A DNA stretch of 64,000 nt from Thermodesulfobacteriota bacterium (GTDB lineage Bacteria; Desulfobacterota_D; UBA1144). This document shows positions 63,041 to 64,000 of this stretch, in pieces. Position 1 is the stretch's first letter; each line of letters starts with the position of its first letter. The stretch covers positions 1 through 64,000 of the forward strand of contig JAQWMJ010000040.1 of assembly GCA_029246845.1 (NCBI GenBank), read 5' to 3'. A model generated the notes under the pieces. The model had not been told where the DNA came from. It saw nothing but the letters and a program-made list of their open reading frames with translations, and ran no database searches. Made by a program: the position numbers and the translations under genes.

Positions 63041-64000
63041 TAGAATTTATGGACAAATCCCTGGGGCTTCAAATTACTAACCCTACCTCCTTTAATCAAC
63101 GAAAGGCTTGCAGACGAATCAACAGAACCTATTCTAAAAACTTTAAATTTATTTCTCTTACATAAATCTTCAAAGTGCCTAGCTCTTTTCTTTTTAATAG
63201 TAAATAATAATTCATAATCATCACCGCCATTCATAACGCTAGTGATTAATTTATTCTGGCTAACTGGGGGTAATATACAATCTGTTTTAGGTATGTCTTC
63301 CCACGTTAGTTTAGCGCCCCTTCTTGAAGAAATTGGGCCTAAAAGTCTTCTTAAATCTAAAGATAGTCCATCTGTAATATCAATCATTGAGGTTAGAAAT
63401 TCTAGCTGGCCCAAGAATAATCCCATCTCAACTTTAGCTCGTGGAGATTTGTACTTAGATATTATTAATTTTTCATTAAGAGTAAACCTTTTCTTTTCCT
63501 TTAGTAATTCCAAGCCCAAAGATGCATCACCAATATTTCCTGTTACATAAATCAAATCACCAACTCTACTACCATTCCTTTCCTTAAATCTATCATTTAA
63601 TACTTCACCAAAAACACTTACATCTAATGCAAGAGATTCGGACCTTGAAACATTCCCACCTATAAGATTCACATCATAATACTTACATCCATTTCTAAAA
63701 CCCTTGAACAATCTATCTATAAAAACTTTCGAAGTTTTTTTAGGTAAAAAAAGCGAGTTAGAGAAAAACCTAGGTTTTGCACCCATTGCACATAAATCAC
63801 TTAAAGCTACGGATAAAGCCCTAAATGCTAGCTGTTCTGGGGTCAAAAATCTAAGATCAAAATGAACACCTTCTACTTGGGAATCACAAGAGAAAACAAT
63901 TTTATCAGATTTAATTTTAAATACAGCAGCATCATCGCCTATTCCGGTTGGAAAGGAGGCAGACTTTAAAGGAAACTTTTTTTTAACTAGTTCTTCAATA
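63040..64000 (-). CDS. thiL: Thiamine-monophosphate kinase (5' end beyond window)
   Basis: Frame stays open upstream of 63846 and contains GIGDDAAV and EGVHF; LSDLCAMG, DITDGL, GGDDYEL. Confidence 0.95.
   Translation of the reverse strand, partial: IEELVKKKFPLKSASFPTGIGDDAAVFKIKSDKIVFSCDSQVEGVHFDLRFLTPEQLAFRALSVALSDLCAMGAKPRFFSNSLFLPKKTSKVFIDRLFKGFRNGCKYYDVNLIGGNVSRSESLALDVSVFGEVLNDRFKERNGSRVGDLIYVTGNIGDASLGLELLKEKKRFTLNEKLIISKYKSPRAKVEMGLFLGQLEFLTSMIDITDGLSLDLRRLLGPISSRRGAKLTWEDIPKTDCILPPVSQNKLITSVMNGGDDYELLFTIKKKRARHFEDLCKRNKFKVFRIGSVDSSASLSLIKGGRVSNLKPQGFVHKF

Noticed and set aside
63040..63846. ORF-track start of thiL at 63846
   Set aside because: Frame continues to the window edge and includes the conserved GIGDDAA motif, so the true start is outside the window

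Overview
AT-rich, very densely packed housekeeping region of a streamlined bacterial chromosome. The gene order (ffh-rpsP-khpA-rimM-trmD/SPOUT-rplS, split atp operon b'-b-delta-alpha-gamma-beta-epsilon, PIN/TRAM-ispD-ispF) suggests a Deltaproteobacteria-related marine lineage such as Ca. Dadabacteria; this is an inference. About 55 CDSs were found; no rRNA, tRNA, CRISPR array, transposase or prophage was seen. I found no clearly new multi-gene system. The most notable observations are: (1) a ribonucleotide reductase whose R2 has the class Ic (Mn/Fe, no tyrosyl radical) signature, preceded by two NrdR boxes and a GC-rich leader with mutually exclusive anti-SD/anti-anti-SD pairings that I could not match to a known riboswitch; (2) an archaeal/phage Hjc-type resolvase-like gene next to yebC, where ruvC normally lies; (3) ino1 plus a PIP-synthase-like enzyme, suggesting inositol lipids; (4) a histone H1-like protein built from hexapeptide repeats; (5) repeated leaderless-type promoters; (6) domain-truncated RimM and ATP synthase epsilon; (7) a CLC protein with a rewritten selectivity filter.
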